From Minisyncoccota bacterium (GTDB lineage: Bacteria > Patescibacteriota > Minisyncoccia > Phycocordibacterales > Zambryskibacteraceae), in contig DATEAC010000005.1 in the NCBI GenBank assembly GCA_036584645.1, positions 1 to 40,540 of the forward strand: DNA of 40,540 nucleotides. The letters are read 5' to 3'. A program made the position numbers and the translations under genes. Shown one piece after another: positions 1 to 8,003 of this stretch. The notes beneath the pieces are model-generated. The model had not been told where the DNA came from, did no database searches, and saw nothing but the letters and a program-made list of their open reading frames with translations. Position 1 is the first letter of the stretch. Every line of letters starts with the position of its first letter.

Positions 1-2
1 CG

Positions 3-431
3 CGCATCGCCGTTCACTATGGTGCGTTTGAGTCTGACCACGAAAGGGAAGTGTTTTTGAAGGATTTTAAGAAAAAGTACAATCTACCCGAACCTCTTTC
101 GGTTAAACTTGGTCTAGCAATCAATATAGATAAACCAGTAAATCTAATAGTACGATATATCGTACTATTAGATTTTGTGCAGTTGATGGGAATTGATCAT
201 ATAGGCGGTCAGGGAGAGAAATTTAATGAAAAAACCTACGAGCGAGTTGCAGAACTCCGAAAACTTGCGCCCGATTTAACTATTTCTGTTGATGGGGGAG
301 TAAAGAAAGAACACTTGGCGGGGCTTGTTGAAGCAGGAGTAAATAGAATTATCGCGGGCTCGGCCATTTGGGGGTCTAATAATCCCGCGGAAGAGTATGA
401 AGGGCTTTGTGATAAAATTGATGGTAAATGA
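3..431 (+). CDS. rpe: Ribulose-phosphate 3-epimerase, 5' end cut by window edge
   Basis: Frame 3 is open from nt 3, with no stop before the listed GTG at 51. The translation has Rpe C-terminal hallmarks: GLAIN, LMGIDHIGGQGEKF (canonical PGFGGQxF), ISVDGGV, IAGSAIW. The TGA stop at 429-431 overlaps the next ATG (ATGA). Confidence 0.8.
   Translation, partial: RIAVHYGAFESDHEREVFLKDFKKKYNLPEPLSVKLGLAINIDKPVNLIVRYIVLLDFVQLMGIDHIGGQGEKFNEKTYERVAELRKLAPDLTISVDGGVKKEHLAGLVEAGVNRIIAGSAIWGSNNPAEEYEGLCDKIDGK
140..175. repeat. 36-bp perfect palindrome AAATCTAATAGTACGATATATCGTACTATTAGATTT inside rpe
   Basis: All 18 base pairs checked by hand; position 139/176 breaks the symmetry. The core TACGATATATCGTA (151-164) is identical to 18118-18131 and 18552-18565. 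Confidence 0.95.
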
Positions 432-1264
432 GTGCGCTCTCCGATAAAGAAATAAAAAATCTTGAAAAGAAGGCGAGTGAGATTCGCCAGTCTATTATTG
501 AAATGCTTGTGGAAGCAAAGTCGGGCCACACCGCGGGGGCTTTGGGTATGGCTGACATTTTCGCCCTCCTTTATTTTCACGCTCTGAATCACACCCCCGA
601 AAATTCCCATGACTCCAATCGCGACAGGTTGGTGCTTTCAAACGGCCATATTTGCCCTGTCTACTATGCAACCCTCGCTCATAGAGGATTTATCCCGAAG
701 GAGGAACTGATGACACTTCGCAAATTTGGTTCTCGTCTGCAAGGCCATCCCCACCGAGACTTTTTGGACATTTTAGAAACTTCAAGTGGCCCACTCGGCT
801 CTGGCCTTTCACAGGCGGTGGGGATGGCCCTTGCCGCGCGCATGGATAAAAATCCAGCGAGAATTTTTGCTCTAATGTCTGACGGCGAGCAAGAGGCGGG
901 CATGACGTGGGAGGCGGGCATGTTGGCGGGCAAAGAAAAATTAAATAATCTGGTCGCAATCATTGACCGCAACAATATTCAAATAGACGGCTTCACGGAA
1001 GACGTCATGCCTTTGGAACCGTTGGCAGACAAGTGGCGTGCTTGGAACTGGCATGTGCTGGAAGTAGACGGACACAATTTTGAAGAAATAAATAACGCAT
1101 TAGAGGAAGCCAAATCAATTCACAACAGGCCAACCATGATTATTGCCCACACCACACCAGGTAAAGGCGTCAAAGAGTTTGAAAATAAATACGAGTGGCA
1201 CGGAAAACCACCAACAAAAGAAGAGGGGGAGATAGCGTTGGCCGAATTAAGAAAACATGATTAA
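428..1264 (+). CDS. Transketolase, N-terminal (thiamine-diphosphate binding) subunit
   Basis: 278 aa. Motifs SGHTAGALGMADI, QGHPH, GPLGSGLSQAVGMA, SDGEQEAGMTWEA and IIDRNNIQIDG. Overlaps the next gene by 8 nt (ATGATTAA). Confidence 0.9.
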   Translation: MSALSDKEIKNLEKKASEIRQSIIEMLVEAKSGHTAGALGMADIFALLYFHALNHTPENSHDSNRDRLVLSNGHICPVYYATLAHRGFIPKEELMTLRKFGSRLQGHPHRDFLDILETSSGPLGSGLSQAVGMALAARMDKNPARIFALMSDGEQEAGMTWEAGMLAGKEKLNNLVAIIDRNNIQIDGFTEDVMPLEPLADKWRAWNWHVLEVDGHNFEEINNALEEAKSIHNRPTMIIAHTTPGKGVKEFENKYEWHGKPPTKEEGEIALAELRKHD

Positions 1265-2240
1265 TAAAACTCTGAACAAAAAAATATTTGACACGGATTG
1301 CGAGCAAGTGCCGATAAGGCACGGCTTTGGCGAAGGGCTTTTGATTGCGGGGGAGAGAGACGAGCGCGTGGTTACACTTTGCGCCGACCTCACCGAATCT
1401 GCCCAAGCATATATGTTCAAAGAAAAATTTCCCGAGAGATTTGTTGAAATTGGTGTTGCTGAACAAAACTTGGCAGGCGTCGCATCGGGCATGGCCGCCA
1501 TGGGCAAAATCCCTTTCATCACCTCTTACGCAATGTTTTCTCCGGGTCGAAACTGGGAACAAATTCGCACCACAATCACATACAACAATCGTCCTGTGAA
1601 AATTGCTGGCTCTCACGCTGGAATTTCCGTGGGACCCGATGGTGGTACACATCAAATGATTGAAGACATTGCCATTATGCGTGTTCAACCGAGAATGGTT
1701 GTCTTGTCGCCTTGTGATGCCATTGAGGCGCGCAAAGCGACAATAGAAGCAGCTAAAACAGACACACCGGTTTATATTCGTCTTGCCCGAGAAAAGACTC
1801 CCATTATTACAACAGACGAAACTCCTTTTGAAATTGGCAAGGCAACAATTTTTTACGAACATGAACGACCGGAAGTTGTAATTATTGCAACGGGTGCATT
1901 AGTGCACAAAGCTTTACAAGTTGCCCAAAATCTTGAAAAACAAAACATCGGTGCGATAGTGATAAACCTTCCAGCGGTTAAACCGCTGGATGAGAAAACG
2001 ATTTTGGGAGTTGCCGAGAGAGCGGGCGCGGTGGTCACAGTAGAAGAACATCAAATAGCGGGTGGCATGGGCTCGGCAGTTTCTGAATTTTTATCTCAAA
2101 ACCTTCTCGTTCCCATTGAATTTGTGGGCGTAAAAGACCAATTTGGCCAATCAGGCACACCCGCGGAGCTAATTGAGCACTATGGCCTAGGCGCAAAAGG
2201 CATAGAAGAGGCTGTTCATAGGGCGATTGGAAGGAAATAA
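1257..2240 (+). CDS. Transketolase, C-terminal (pyrimidine-binding plus C-terminal domain) subunit
   Basis: 327 aa. Motifs FVEIGVAEQNLAGVASGMA, GPDGGTHQMIEDIAIMR and VEEHQIAGGMGSAV, typical of the split transketolase B subunit. Confidence 0.9.
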   Translation: MINKTLNKKIFDTDCEQVPIRHGFGEGLLIAGERDERVVTLCADLTESAQAYMFKEKFPERFVEIGVAEQNLAGVASGMAAMGKIPFITSYAMFSPGRNWEQIRTTITYNNRPVKIAGSHAGISVGPDGGTHQMIEDIAIMRVQPRMVVLSPCDAIEARKATIEAAKTDTPVYIRLAREKTPIITTDETPFEIGKATIFYEHERPEVVIIATGALVHKALQVAQNLEKQNIGAIVINLPAVKPLDEKTILGVAERAGAVVTVEEHQIAGGMGSAVSEFLSQNLLVPIEFVGVKDQFGQSGTPAELIEHYGLGAKGIEEAVHRAIGRK

Positions 2241-2316
2241 GATTTTGGATTTGAAACTTTGTTAAAAGCTTTTCAGGAATTTCTCAATCAGGGCGGACAA
2301 TAATAATTGCTAGTTG

Positions 2317-3318
2317 CTAGATACTAGAAACTTTGTAGTCTGGCTTCTTTGAAAGCTCAGATTGTATTTGCTGTTGAGTTAAAAGACCTTCTTGGGCGCC
2401 TATGTAGCGGCATACGCTCATACCGTTCACCGCACCCCACGAAAGGGCTTCGGGAAGGGTTTTTCCCAGTATCAAAGCGGAAGTTGTGGCAGACGCAAAC
2501 GCGTCGCCCGCACCCGTTCGTTCAAAGGCCGGTTCTTCAGGATTAAATGGGGGAGCGAAGTAAATACCAGTTTTATCTGCACCGTACGCGCCTTTTGGCC
2601 CGTAAGTTATAACCGCAGATTGAGGCCCGAGATTGTGAAGGCCGAGCAGAAGTTCTTTTACATCAGTTCCTGACGGTTTACCGAGTATTTTTTCCGCCTC
2701 CTCGTTATTGACGAAAATAATTTCCGCGCGCGCGTAAATATCTTTCAGCTCAACGACCCCTAAATTTATCTGAAAAGTACCGGGCTGAAAGGCGAATTTA
2801 ATTTCTGGATGTGCTTTTAAATGGGAAGCGATTTTTTTATGATATTCGCGTGTGGATGGACCAAGAGAAGACAAATAAAACCATCGGGGGGAGCCCACGT
2901 TGGGGAAATGATATTCATAATCCTGGTGCTTTACCAAAATGGTGCGGTCGCGCTCATACCAAAGAACATAATGATAATTTGTTTCTTCTCCCTTGTGGAC
3001 TGATATGTATCGGTGATTGACCCCGTCTTTCTCCAAACTTTTTAAGCACTCTTTGCCGTTTTGGTCGTCTCCCATATTTGAGACTAAAGCCGATTTAAGA
3101 CCGAGCCGAGAGGCAGCCACGGCGGCGTTCGGCGAATTGCCGACGGCCCGCACCACCCTCACAAACTCATAAGGGATTTTGTCCCCAAATTTCATGGTGA
3201 TGGTGCAATGCGCTTCGTTGATGTCGCAATTAACTTTTGCCTCCTTGAGCCTTATGAAAGCGTCTGTCGTGATGTCGCCAATAGCAACCAAATCAAAAGA
3301 TTTTCCAAATAATGACAT
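2317..3318 (-). CDS. PfkB-family carbohydrate kinase (substrate not assignable)
   Basis: 333 aa. N-terminal DLVAIGDITTD and C-terminal RTGAGDAFASA (the PfkB GAGD anion-hole motif). Confidence 0.8.
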   Translation of the reverse strand: MSLFGKSFDLVAIGDITTDAFIRLKEAKVNCDINEAHCTITMKFGDKIPYEFVRVVRAVGNSPNAAVAASRLGLKSALVSNMGDDQNGKECLKSLEKDGVNHRYISVHKGEETNYHYVLWYERDRTILVKHQDYEYHFPNVGSPRWFYLSSLGPSTREYHKKIASHLKAHPEIKFAFQPGTFQINLGVVELKDIYARAEIIFVNNEEAEKILGKPSGTDVKELLLGLHNLGPQSAVITYGPKGAYGADKTGIYFAPPFNPEEPAFERTGAGDAFASATTSALILGKTLPEALSWGAVNGMSVCRYIGAQEGLLTQQQIQSELSKKPDYKVSSI

Positions 3319-3338
3319 GGGTAAAGTATAATAGATAT

Positions 3339-4184
3339 ATGACCCTTAAGGAAACTATTTTAGATGTTCAAAAAAAGAGAATTGCTATCGGGCATTTTAA
3401 TGTTTCTGATTCTGAAGGATTTAAGGCGGTGGTGGATTCGGCCAAAGAGCTTGGAGTACCTGTAATAATAGGCGTATCTGAAAAGGAAAGAAGTTTTTTG
3501 GGCGTTGCGGAAATAAGAGCGCTTGTCGCGGTGGAAAAAGAAAAAGGCTTGCCGGTTTTTCTGAATGCCGACCATACTTATTCGCCGAGCGCCTCATTTG
3601 AAGCCATAGATGCCCATTTTGACTCGGTAATTATTGATGGCGCAGAAAAACCTTTTTCGGAAAATGTAATAATGACCAAGGAGGTGGTTAAGTACGCGAA
3701 AAATAAATTCCCAGATATTTTAGTGGAAGGGGAATTAGGCTTTATAGGCACCGGCTCAAAAATTTTAGATGAAATTCCAGACGGAGTTTCTGAAGAAACT
3801 CAAACCACTCCCGAAGATGCCAAGAAGTTCGTGGAAGATACCTTCATTGACCTTTTTGCCCCGTCGGTCGGCAATGTACACGGCTTGGTAAGGACAGGCG
3901 AGCCGAAATTAAACATTGAACGCATTCGCGCCATTCGCAAAGCCGTTTCGGTGCCGCTCGTTCTTCACGGCGCGTCCGGAAACAAAGACGATGAGATACA
4001 GGAGGCTATCAAAGCGGGCATTTCAGTTGTTCACATAAATACCGAGCTTCGCATTGCCTATAAGAAAGGAATTAAAAAGGGTATAAGCTCGGACGAATTG
4101 GCGCCTTATAAATTTATGGCCGAGGGAGTGGAAGAAATGAAAAAAATCGTTACGGCCAAATTAAAACTCTTCAATGGATTATAG
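3339..4184 (+). CDS. fba: Class II fructose-bisphosphate aldolase
   Basis: Motifs AIGHFNV, LNADH, VEGELG, GNVHG, LVLHGASG. The ATG at 3339 is preferred over the track start 3312, which would overlap the divergent pfkB start. TATAAT at 3327-3332 lies 6 nt upstream of 3339. Confidence 0.85.
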   Translation: MTLKETILDVQKKRIAIGHFNVSDSEGFKAVVDSAKELGVPVIIGVSEKERSFLGVAEIRALVAVEKEKGLPVFLNADHTYSPSASFEAIDAHFDSVIIDGAEKPFSENVIMTKEVVKYAKNKFPDILVEGELGFIGTGSKILDEIPDGVSEETQTTPEDAKKFVEDTFIDLFAPSVGNVHGLVRTGEPKLNIERIRAIRKAVSVPLVLHGASGNKDDEIQEAIKAGISVVHINTELRIAYKKGIKKGISSDELAPYKFMAEGVEEMKKIVTAKLKLFNGL

Positions 4185-5811
4185 TCATGCGCTTAAATTA
4201 TTAATATCAGGCCAAGTCGCAGATGATGAGGCGACTCTCACGAAGTATTCAAGAGACGCATCACTTTTTAAAGTCGTACCCAAATGCGTTGTTTTTCCTA
4301 AATCTGCGAATGACATTGGAAAAATTGTCTCTTATGTGGCGGAGCATAAACAGGAAGACCCAGCACTTTCAATCACGGCGCGGGCGGCGGGCTCGTGCAT
4401 GGCGGGCGGTTCCTTAAACGAATCAATAATTCTGGATATTACAAAACACATGGCGGGCATCAAATCATGGAGCGAAAATTCGGCCGTCGTTCTGCCGGGC
4501 ACGATGTATCGCGATTTTGAAAAAGAAAGTTTGGCGCGCGGTCTTTTTCTGCCCTGCTTCCCTGCCTCAAAAAATCTTTGCGCCTTTGGCGGCATGATAG
4601 GCAACAATTGCGCCGGAGAAAAGACTTTGAGGTACGGCAAGATGGAAAAGTATGTCAGAAAGCTCAAAATGGTTTTTGCCGACGGCGTAGAGAGGGAAAT
4701 TAAACCACTTTCACGAGACGAGCTTGAAGCAAAAAAGGGCCAAAATGATTTTGAGGGCAAAATATACCGCAAGTTAGACGATTTGCTCACACAAAACACA
4801 GATTTAATAGAAAAGGCGCGGCCAAATGTTTCTAAAAATTCAGCAGGATATTATTTGTGGAACATAAAACAAAACGGAGTCTTTGATTTGAATAAGCTCA
4901 TTGTCGGCTCGCAAGGCACACTCGGAATCGTAACGGAGGCGGAAATCGGCCTGGTGAAACCGGCCGTAAAATCAAAAATGCTGGTCATTTTCCTTAAACA
5001 CCTGAACAGTCTGGGAGAAATCGTAAATGAAATCTTAAAAGAAAATCCCGAAACGCTTGAATCGTACGATGATAACACCCTCAAATTTGCCATCAGGTTT
5101 TTGCCAGACCTCGCAAGAGCCATGAGAGCAAGGAATTTCATTTGGATGACAATCTCGTTTATTCCAGAAGTATTGATGTCATTGAGAGGCGGTCTCCCGA
5201 AACTTGTAATGCTCGCAGAGTTTACAGGAGATAATGATGAAGAATTGAAGAGAAAAACTCAAAGAATGCGCCAGAGCCTTAAAAAGTTTCATTTTGCGAT
5301 GCGTATTACGCACTCAATTCTTGAGGAAGAAAAATATCTGACCATTCGCCGCGAGAGCTTTAATCTCCTGCGCAAGCACGTGCGCGGCAAAAGAACCGCG
5401 CCATTCATAGATGATGTTGTTGTGCGTCCTGAATTTTTGCCTGAATTTTTGCCCAAACTTCGCGCCATCTTGGATAAACATAAACTTCTCTACACCATTG
5501 CCGGCCACGCGGGCAACGGTAATTTTCATGTCATACCCCTTATGGACATGCACGACAAGAGAAATAAAGAAATTATCCTGCCAATTTCGAAAGAAGTGTA
5601 TTCGCTGGTGCATCAGTACGGAGGTTCAATTACCGCCGAGCACAACGATGGCATTATCCGCACGCCATTTCTTCCCATGATGTACGGCGAAGAGGTTGTG
5701 AAATTATTTGAAAAAGTAAAAAAAATATTTGATCCTCAAAACATTTTCAACCCTGGCAAAAAAGTCAACGGTAGTTTTGAGTATTTAGAAAATCATGTTG
5801 CCGTTGAATAG
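4174..5811 (+). CDS. FAD-binding oxidoreductase (GlcD / D-lactate dehydrogenase-like)
   Basis: 545 aa. N-terminal PCMH-type FAD-binding pattern (VVFPKSANDIGKIV, ITARAAGSCMAGGS, LIVGSQGTLGIVTEA) and C-terminal GGSITAEHNDG. Confidence 0.75.
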   Translation: MDYSHALKLLISGQVADDEATLTKYSRDASLFKVVPKCVVFPKSANDIGKIVSYVAEHKQEDPALSITARAAGSCMAGGSLNESIILDITKHMAGIKSWSENSAVVLPGTMYRDFEKESLARGLFLPCFPASKNLCAFGGMIGNNCAGEKTLRYGKMEKYVRKLKMVFADGVEREIKPLSRDELEAKKGQNDFEGKIYRKLDDLLTQNTDLIEKARPNVSKNSAGYYLWNIKQNGVFDLNKLIVGSQGTLGIVTEAEIGLVKPAVKSKMLVIFLKHLNSLGEIVNEILKENPETLESYDDNTLKFAIRFLPDLARAMRARNFIWMTISFIPEVLMSLRGGLPKLVMLAEFTGDNDEELKRKTQRMRQSLKKFHFAMRITHSILEEEKYLTIRRESFNLLRKHVRGKRTAPFIDDVVVRPEFLPEFLPKLRAILDKHKLLYTIAGHAGNGNFHVIPLMDMHDKRNKEIILPISKEVYSLVHQYGGSITAEHNDGIIRTPFLPMMYGEEVVKLFEKVKKIFDPQNIFNPGKKVNGSFEYLENHVAVE

Positions 5812-5814
5812 AAG

Positions 5815-5842
5815 TTGCCTTTTTTGGTGTTTCTAATACAAT
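5815..5842 (+). promoter_or_regulatory. Candidate sigma70-type promoter of rplY (TTGCCT-16 nt-TACAAT)
   Basis: -35 at 5815-5820 and -10 at 5837-5842. The ATG at 5852 is only 9 nt downstream and no SD is present (TATTCTCCT). Confidence 0.45.
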
Positions 5843-5851
5843 TATTCTCCT

Positions 5852-6538
5852 ATGTTGAGTTTGTCCGTAAAAGAAAGAGATACCAAAGAAAAACCTGAAA
5901 CCTTGCGCAAAAAGGGCTTTTTGCCAGCAGTCTTTTATGGAAGAAAAACACAATCTACTCCCATTGCCGTTTCTCTTATTGATTTCAAAAAAGTTTTCAA
6001 GAAAGCGGGGGAGTCGGGCGTGGTTACTTTGAAAACCGAAAAGGGAGAAGTTGACACTCTTATTCACGACATTGATTTTGATCCCATTAGCGGCATTCCA
6101 AGGCACGCGGATTTTTACGTTTTTGACAAAGATAAGAAAATGCAAGTGGACGTGCCAGTTGAATTCATGGGGGAGGCGCCGGCCGTCAAAGCAGGACTTC
6201 TGGTGGTAAGAGTAATGCACGAAATAAAAGTGGAGGCTCTGCCCGGCATCCTTCCGCACTCCGTTTCCATTGATATTTCTAAATTAGAAAATGATGGCGA
6301 TACGGTTCTCGTAAAAGATATTCCGGAAATGATCGGCGTAAAGTTCTTGTCCGGCGCTTTTGAGGTTGTGGCGTCAGTGCAAACTCCCAAGGAAGAAAAA
6401 ATTGAGGAGCCGCCAGTTGACTTATCCGCAATTGAGGTGGAAAAGAAAGGCAAGGAGGTAGCTGAAGGTGAAGAAGGAGTAGCACCAACCGAAGCCGCTA
6501 AAGCGGCAGTAGAAAAGCCAGAAAAAAACCCAGAGTAG
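5852..6538 (+). CDS. rplY: 50S ribosomal protein L25 / Ctc form
   Basis: 228 aa. LRKKGFLPAVFYG at the N-terminus, a two-domain Ctc-like length, and an acidic/Lys-rich C-terminal tail. Confidence 0.85.
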   Translation: MLSLSVKERDTKEKPETLRKKGFLPAVFYGRKTQSTPIAVSLIDFKKVFKKAGESGVVTLKTEKGEVDTLIHDIDFDPISGIPRHADFYVFDKDKKMQVDVPVEFMGEAPAVKAGLLVVRVMHEIKVEALPGILPHSVSIDISKLENDGDTVLVKDIPEMIGVKFLSGAFEVVASVQTPKEEKIEEPPVDLSAIEVEKKGKEVAEGEEGVAPTEAAKAAVEKPEKNPE

Positions 6539-6551
6539 GGCCGTCTGTTAT

Positions 6552-6560
6552 TGTTATAAT
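6552..6560 (+). promoter_or_regulatory. Extended -10 element TGTTATAAT, 7 nt upstream of the ATG at 6568
   Basis: TGn plus TATAAT read directly. There is no SD between it and the start codon. Confidence 0.4.
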
Positions 6561-6567
6561 TAAGACC

Positions 6568-7947
6568 ATGCGGTTTCGCCCGTACATTTCTATATTTTTA
6601 ATTTGCTTTTTTCTACTTTCTGCTTTTAACTTTCTGCTTTTAACTCCTGCTCTCGCTCAAGATTTAACACCGGCGCAAAGAGCCGAGCTTCAAGCCGAGT
6701 ACGACAAAACCCTTAAGGAAATTGATGAACTTCAAGGAACAATTGATAATCTTCGCCAGCAGCAAAAAAGTCTCAAAGGCGACATTTCTCTTTTGACGGC
6801 CCAAATAAATCAAGCCGAGGCGGTTCTAAAACAAAAGACCATTGTTATCCGTAAGCTTGCCACCGAGATAAATGCTAAAACCCAGCGCATCAATACCCTT
6901 ACGGCAAAGATAGAGCAAGGCAAGATATCCTTGGCGGAACTTATTCGCAAGACCAATGAGCTTGATTCTTACAGTCTTCCGGAAGCCATGCTTTCCGACA
7001 AAGATTTCTCGGAGTTTTTTGCCGACATAGATTCTTTCAACTCAATTCAAAAAAGCCTCGCCGAACTTTTTGCCGCCGTTCGCGAAGCCAAGGCGGAAAC
7101 GGAAAAAGAAAAACGAGTCCTGGATGAAAAGAAAAACCAAGAGGAAGACGCGAAATATGTCGTAGAGCTCAAGAAAAAAGAGGTTGCCAAAAACCAAAGT
7201 GAGAAAAAACAGCTTTTGGCGGTAAATACCACGCAGGAGAATGCCTATAATCTGATTCTTGCGGACAAACAGCAAAAAGCGGAACGCATCAGAACGGCCC
7301 TCTTTAACCTGCGCGACACCGAAGGCATTTCTTTCGGAGTGGCTCTCACTTATGCGAATGCCGCTTCGCAAAAAACGGGTGTCAGACCGGCCCTCATTCT
7401 TGCCATCCTTTCTCAAGAATCTGATATGGGGAAAAATGTCGGCTCTTGTTATATAAAAAATTTACAAACAGGCGACGGGGTGGGGAAAAACACCGGCACT
7501 TTTTTTGAGAGGGTGATGAAAGTGCCGCGCGATACGGAAGCATTTCAAAGGATTACAGATGTTTTGCGTTTACCTTGGGCCACCACTCCCGTGTCATGTC
7601 CTTTGGGGACCGCATACACATCGTCTCGCGGTTATGGCGGCGCCATGGGTCCGTCCCAATTTATTCCGTCAACTTGGGAATTATTTAAACAGCGCATTGC
7701 CAAAGCAATTGGGGTGAGCGAACCAAACCCGTGGCAAGCGCAGGATGCCGTGATGGCCACGGCTATTTATCTCATGGATTTGGGCGCGGCCGGCGGCACT
7801 TATACCGCCGAACGTAATGCCTCCTGCAGATACTATTCGGGTCGTTCGTGCGATAATCGAAGGCCCGCCAACAGTTTTTACGGCACGGGAGTTTTGCAAA
7901 AAGCGGAGCAAATTCAGGGGAACATAGATTTCTTGAAATCAGTCTAG
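6568..7947 (+). CDS. Secreted/anchored coiled-coil protein with C-terminal MltB/SLT-like lytic transglycosylase domain
   Basis: 459 aa. N-terminal hydrophobic signal ending ALAQD, about 230 aa of heptad-rich Q/K/E sequence, then ILSQESDMG (catalytic Glu context) and GGAMGPSQFIPSTW. Confidence 0.65.
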   Translation: MRFRPYISIFLICFFLLSAFNFLLLTPALAQDLTPAQRAELQAEYDKTLKEIDELQGTIDNLRQQQKSLKGDISLLTAQINQAEAVLKQKTIVIRKLATEINAKTQRINTLTAKIEQGKISLAELIRKTNELDSYSLPEAMLSDKDFSEFFADIDSFNSIQKSLAELFAAVREAKAETEKEKRVLDEKKNQEEDAKYVVELKKKEVAKNQSEKKQLLAVNTTQENAYNLILADKQQKAERIRTALFNLRDTEGISFGVALTYANAASQKTGVRPALILAILSQESDMGKNVGSCYIKNLQTGDGVGKNTGTFFERVMKVPRDTEAFQRITDVLRLPWATTPVSCPLGTAYTSSRGYGGAMGPSQFIPSTWELFKQRIAKAIGVSEPNPWQAQDAVMATAIYLMDLGAAGGTYTAERNASCRYYSGRSCDNRRPANSFYGTGVLQKAEQIQGNIDFLKSV

Positions 7948-7966
7948 TTTTCACCGCATCGATTTC

Positions 7967-7994
7967 TTGCGATACTTGAAACTTTTGGTATAGT
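7967..7994 (+). promoter_or_regulatory. Candidate promoter of rpmE (TTGCGA-16 nt-TGgTATAGT)
   Basis: -35 at 7967-7972 and extended -10 at 7986-7994. The ATG at 8004 is 9 nt downstream with no SD. Confidence 0.5.
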
Positions 7995-8003
7995 ATTCGG
8001 GCA

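Noticed and set aside
2305-2335. A shared motif AGTTGCTAGATACTAGAAACTT (2312-2333) versus AGTTGTTAGATTCTAGCAACTT (31769-31790), with TAGTTGCTA also on the minus strand at 32950-32958
   Set aside because: The match is 19/22. The first copy is largely the 3' coding end of the PfkB kinase, and the similarity is TAG/TTG-rich low-complexity sequence. Without more copies I cannot separate it from chance.
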